Of a stretch of DNA of 64,000 nt, positions 61,575-64,000 are shown in pieces. The notes under the pieces are model-generated. The model did not search any database. It was given only the letters and a program-made list of their open reading frames with translations, and was not told the DNA's origin. Position 1 is the first letter of the stretch; every line of letters begins with the position of its first letter. Made by a program: the position numbers and the translations under genes. Origin of the DNA: an uncultured Actinomycetes bacterium. Lineage in GTDB: Bacteria; Actinomycetota; Thermoleophilia; RBG-16-64-13. Location: positions 960,001 through 1,024,000 of the forward strand of contig CAVPLM010000005.1 of the NCBI GenBank assembly GCA_963706025.1. Reading direction: 5' to 3'.

Positions 61575-62684
61575 CTAGCGTACCGCCTCCACCATGGCTT
61601 TGACGTTCTCGTACTTGGCGTCGATAGGGACGTCGCAGCCCGACGACAGTATGAAGCCGCCGGGCCCGATCTCGCTGATGAGCCGCTTGCAGTACTCGGT
61701 GACTTCGTCCGGAGTGCCCAGGCTGAACATCCGCGGGGGCACATCCCCCATGATGCACATGTGGTCGCCCAGGATCTCCTTAGCTTTGAAGATGTCCGTC
61801 TTTCCGTCCAAGGAGAGAACGCACTTGCCTTTGGGGAACTCCCGCAGACGCTCGAGATCGCGGGTCCAATTCGCGTCGAAGTGAAGGACGACGATGGCCC
61901 CCTCCTCCACCGCTGCCTCCACCATCTGCTGGTAGTACGGGAAGACGAAGCGGTTCCACAGGCGGGGAGAGATGAATTCGCTGGCTGAGCGCCAGCCCCC
62001 GATCCACAGGCCCATGAGGCCCAAGCCGCGGATGACCCGGCGCATGTTCTCGATGAGGACCGGCAGGGCCGCGTCCATGGCGGCCTGGACCCTGTCTCCG
62101 TGGCGGAAGAGATCGAGCAGGAACTCCTTCATGGAGCGTCCGCCACAGAAGTACTCATAGGGGATTGTCGCGACCGCCGGCGTGAACGGGACCACGCCTT
62201 TGTCCCGGCAGGCCTGCAAAGCATCGGGGATGGTCTTCGCGAACGCGCCGAAAGCTTCCAGCGTCCCCGGCAGACGTTCTCGGTAGTAACGCTCGACCCA
62301 GGGTCCAAAGCCCTCTTCGACGATAGCGTCGTAGTCCGCCAGGGTCATGATCTCAGCCTCGTCGACCTGCCAGAGCTCGTCCTCCGGCAACTCGCGTCCG
62401 GGGACCTTCACCCGCGAGAGCCACTGGATGCTGAGGCTGCTGACGTGATAGGCGGGACTCTGAATGCCGTCGATCTCACCGAGACCTGTGTATGCGTCGA
62501 TGATCGTCCGGTAGCAGACTTCGGGATTGGTGGCTATCTCCGAGATCTTGACGCCCATGGCCCGGCCCGGCCACGCAGGACCGTTGGGTACCACCGGCAC
62601 CCGGTCGGGGGTCTTCAGAGCCACGGCGTCGCGGATGCGCTGCTCGTGCACCTCAAAAAGCCGCCGTGTGGTCGCATCGCCCAT
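61575..62684 (-). CDS. Uroporphyrinogen decarboxylase-family (MtaA/CmuA-like) methyltransferase
   Basis: PDRVP, ISP, LHFD, GDVP, GFILSSGC.VP..ENV.AM. Confidence 0.85.
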   Translation of the reverse strand: MGDATTRRLFEVHEQRIRDAVALKTPDRVPVVPNGPAWPGRAMGVKISEIATNPEVCYRTIIDAYTGLGEIDGIQSPAYHVSSLSIQWLSRVKVPGRELPEDELWQVDEAEIMTLADYDAIVEEGFGPWVERYYRERLPGTLEAFGAFAKTIPDALQACRDKGVVPFTPAVATIPYEYFCGGRSMKEFLLDLFRHGDRVQAAMDAALPVLIENMRRVIRGLGLMGLWIGGWRSASEFISPRLWNRFVFPYYQQMVEAAVEEGAIVVLHFDANWTRDLERLREFPKGKCVLSLDGKTDIFKAKEILGDHMCIMGDVPPRMFSLGTPDEVTEYCKRLISEIGPGGFILSSGCDVPIDAKYENVKAMVEAVR

Positions 62685-63318
62685 CTAGCTCACCCCCAGT
62701 ACTCTCTTGGCGACGATGACCCCGTCTTGAGCGGTCCTACAGTAGACGTCGGCGCCCACGTAGTCGCAGGTGGCCTGATCCACCGGTCCGCCGCCAATCA
62801 AGATGGTGACCTGGTCTCTAAGGCCGGCGGCTTTGATGGCCCCGATGGTCTCTTTCATGTCGTCAAAGACGGTGGTCAGAAGACAGCTCAGGCCCACCAG
62901 CTCCGGACGGTGTTCTCGTATGGCCTGGACGAAGGCCTCGGTGCTCCACGCTCACCCCCAGGTCGATAACCCGGATGCCGTTAGAGGTCATGATGGTTCC
63001 CACGATGTCTTTCCCGAAGTCGTGAATGTCGTTTTTGACCGTACCTAAGACCAGGGTGCCCACCGTGCTCAGGGCGGCGCTCTTTAAGCCCTCCTGCAAG
63101 GGAGCTCCGGCTTTCTTAAAGATGTCGGCCGCGTAGATGAGCTCGGAGAGGAAGTACTCTTCACCTTCGAACCTCTCCCCTACGATGTTCATACCGGCCT
63201 GGAGCTCTTCTAAGATGGAAAGCGCCTCTTCCCCGGAAGAGAGCTTCTCCTCGACCAGCCTGATGGCGGTAGCTTCATCAAGATCGCCCAGGGCTTGGGC
63301 GAGGGGTGAGGTGGACAT
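62685..63318 (-). CDS. Corrinoid (cobalamin-binding) protein (frameshift near 62940)
   Basis: B12 cap domain, DIHDFGK, GLSCLLT, IGGG. Confidence 0.9.
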
Positions 63319-63617
63319 GGCTTGCCACCTTTCGTGCTCCTGTGCCTACATCGCTAGGGCGGTCTGCTCCATGCAACTCCGAGGGGAGAGTATCAGATAT
63401 GAACACGGGTACGCAGTCAGACCACGGTAGAGGGCCATGACGCGCGTCGCACCGTCGGCGGGCAGCAAGGTTGCCCGTAACCTCCGGATCGAGTAGCCGG
63501 ACTTTGCGGGAGTACGTTGGCGGCTTTCCGGGAACAAACCGCACACCACCGCGCCGGATGCTCAGTCTGGTCGCTGACTGCGGAAAGGATGAAGTTCGTT
63601 TTCCCCGGAATGCCTAC

Positions 63618-63778
63618 AACTCGTTTCAAAATGAAGCCGCGGCCGCCTAGTGCACCCTGGACGGCACGACTGTACGTCCTCGGTCGCGCAAATAGCGCTG
63701 CTATTTACGCTCCCTGCGTTCTTCTCTCGCGCTCGCCCAGGGCGTCCCTGACGGCGGACCTTCATTTTGAAACGAGTT
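63618..63778. mobile_element. MITE-like element with perfect 19-bp terminal inverted repeats
   Basis: aactcgtttcaaaatgaag (63618-63636) and cttcattttgaaacgagtt (63760-63778); no transposase inside. Confidence 0.65.
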
Positions 63779-63825
63779 CTTGGTCGCGATGGTGCTGCTG
63801 CATCAGTCCGAGAGAGGGAGAAGCC

Positions 63826-63963
63826 ATGAAAGGGAGCAACAGCGAGAGCCGAACGGGGCAGGGGACGGCATCGGCACGGTTGGTCGCCGGCAAAGAGGCC
63901 AGGAAACGAGTGCCCAGGGGAAGCCACGGCGAATGGAGCCCGGCGATCGCAACTGGTCCTTGA
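63826..63963 (+). pseudogene. Truncated N-terminus of a DUF2252-like protein
   Basis: SD GAGGGAG; R..AGK.AR..VPR.SH.EW.P then an early TGA. Confidence 0.4.
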
Positions 63964-64000
63964 TGCGTGGAACGATTATCTGGCCAGCCTCTTGCCGGGA

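Noticed and set aside
62682-62687. Pyrrolysine read-through of the TAG between the corrinoid and UroD-family genes (in-frame TAG-ATG)
   Set aside because: Both proteins are full length for their families; simple translational coupling explains it and no pyl genes are visible
63320-63610. Cobalamin or c-di-GMP riboswitch upstream of the corrinoid gene
   Set aside because: No B12-box core found; the GAAA/GCAAAG resemblance to c-di-GMP-I lacks the required stems

Overview
GC-rich bacterial DNA, probably from an anaerobic actinobacterial-type organism (Thermoleophilia-like; inferred from the Thr-rich 'AACGEEETT' lipoproteins and an SLH-domain protein). About 14 otherwise intact genes are split by single frameshifts, which suggests long-read indel errors rather than real pseudogenes. 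The window is dominated by W/Mo-pterin redox chemistry. It holds (1) a Liv-type ABC importer + MoaD + Fe-S + tungsten AOR + NuoE/NuoF/NuoG-N operon that looks like an electron-bifurcating aldehyde oxidoreductase, (2) a second AOR with its own MoaD, (3) a Tat-less Mo-bisPGD/Fe-S/NrfD complex, (4) a pyrogallol-transhydroxylase-like two-subunit enzyme, (5) an xdhC remnant followed by MocA, HD and phosphatase domains, and (6) a corrinoid protein with a UroD-family methyltransferase. Features not shown by the ORF track are a UGA-containing (selenocysteine, UxxC) TlpA-like lipoprotein, a small orphan transcription unit with a 15-nt complement to the 16S rRNA 3' end, a 161-bp MITE-like element with 19-bp inverted repeats, and a palindromic operator. 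I found no rRNA, tRNA or CRISPR array. All family assignments come from motif recognition, not database searches.
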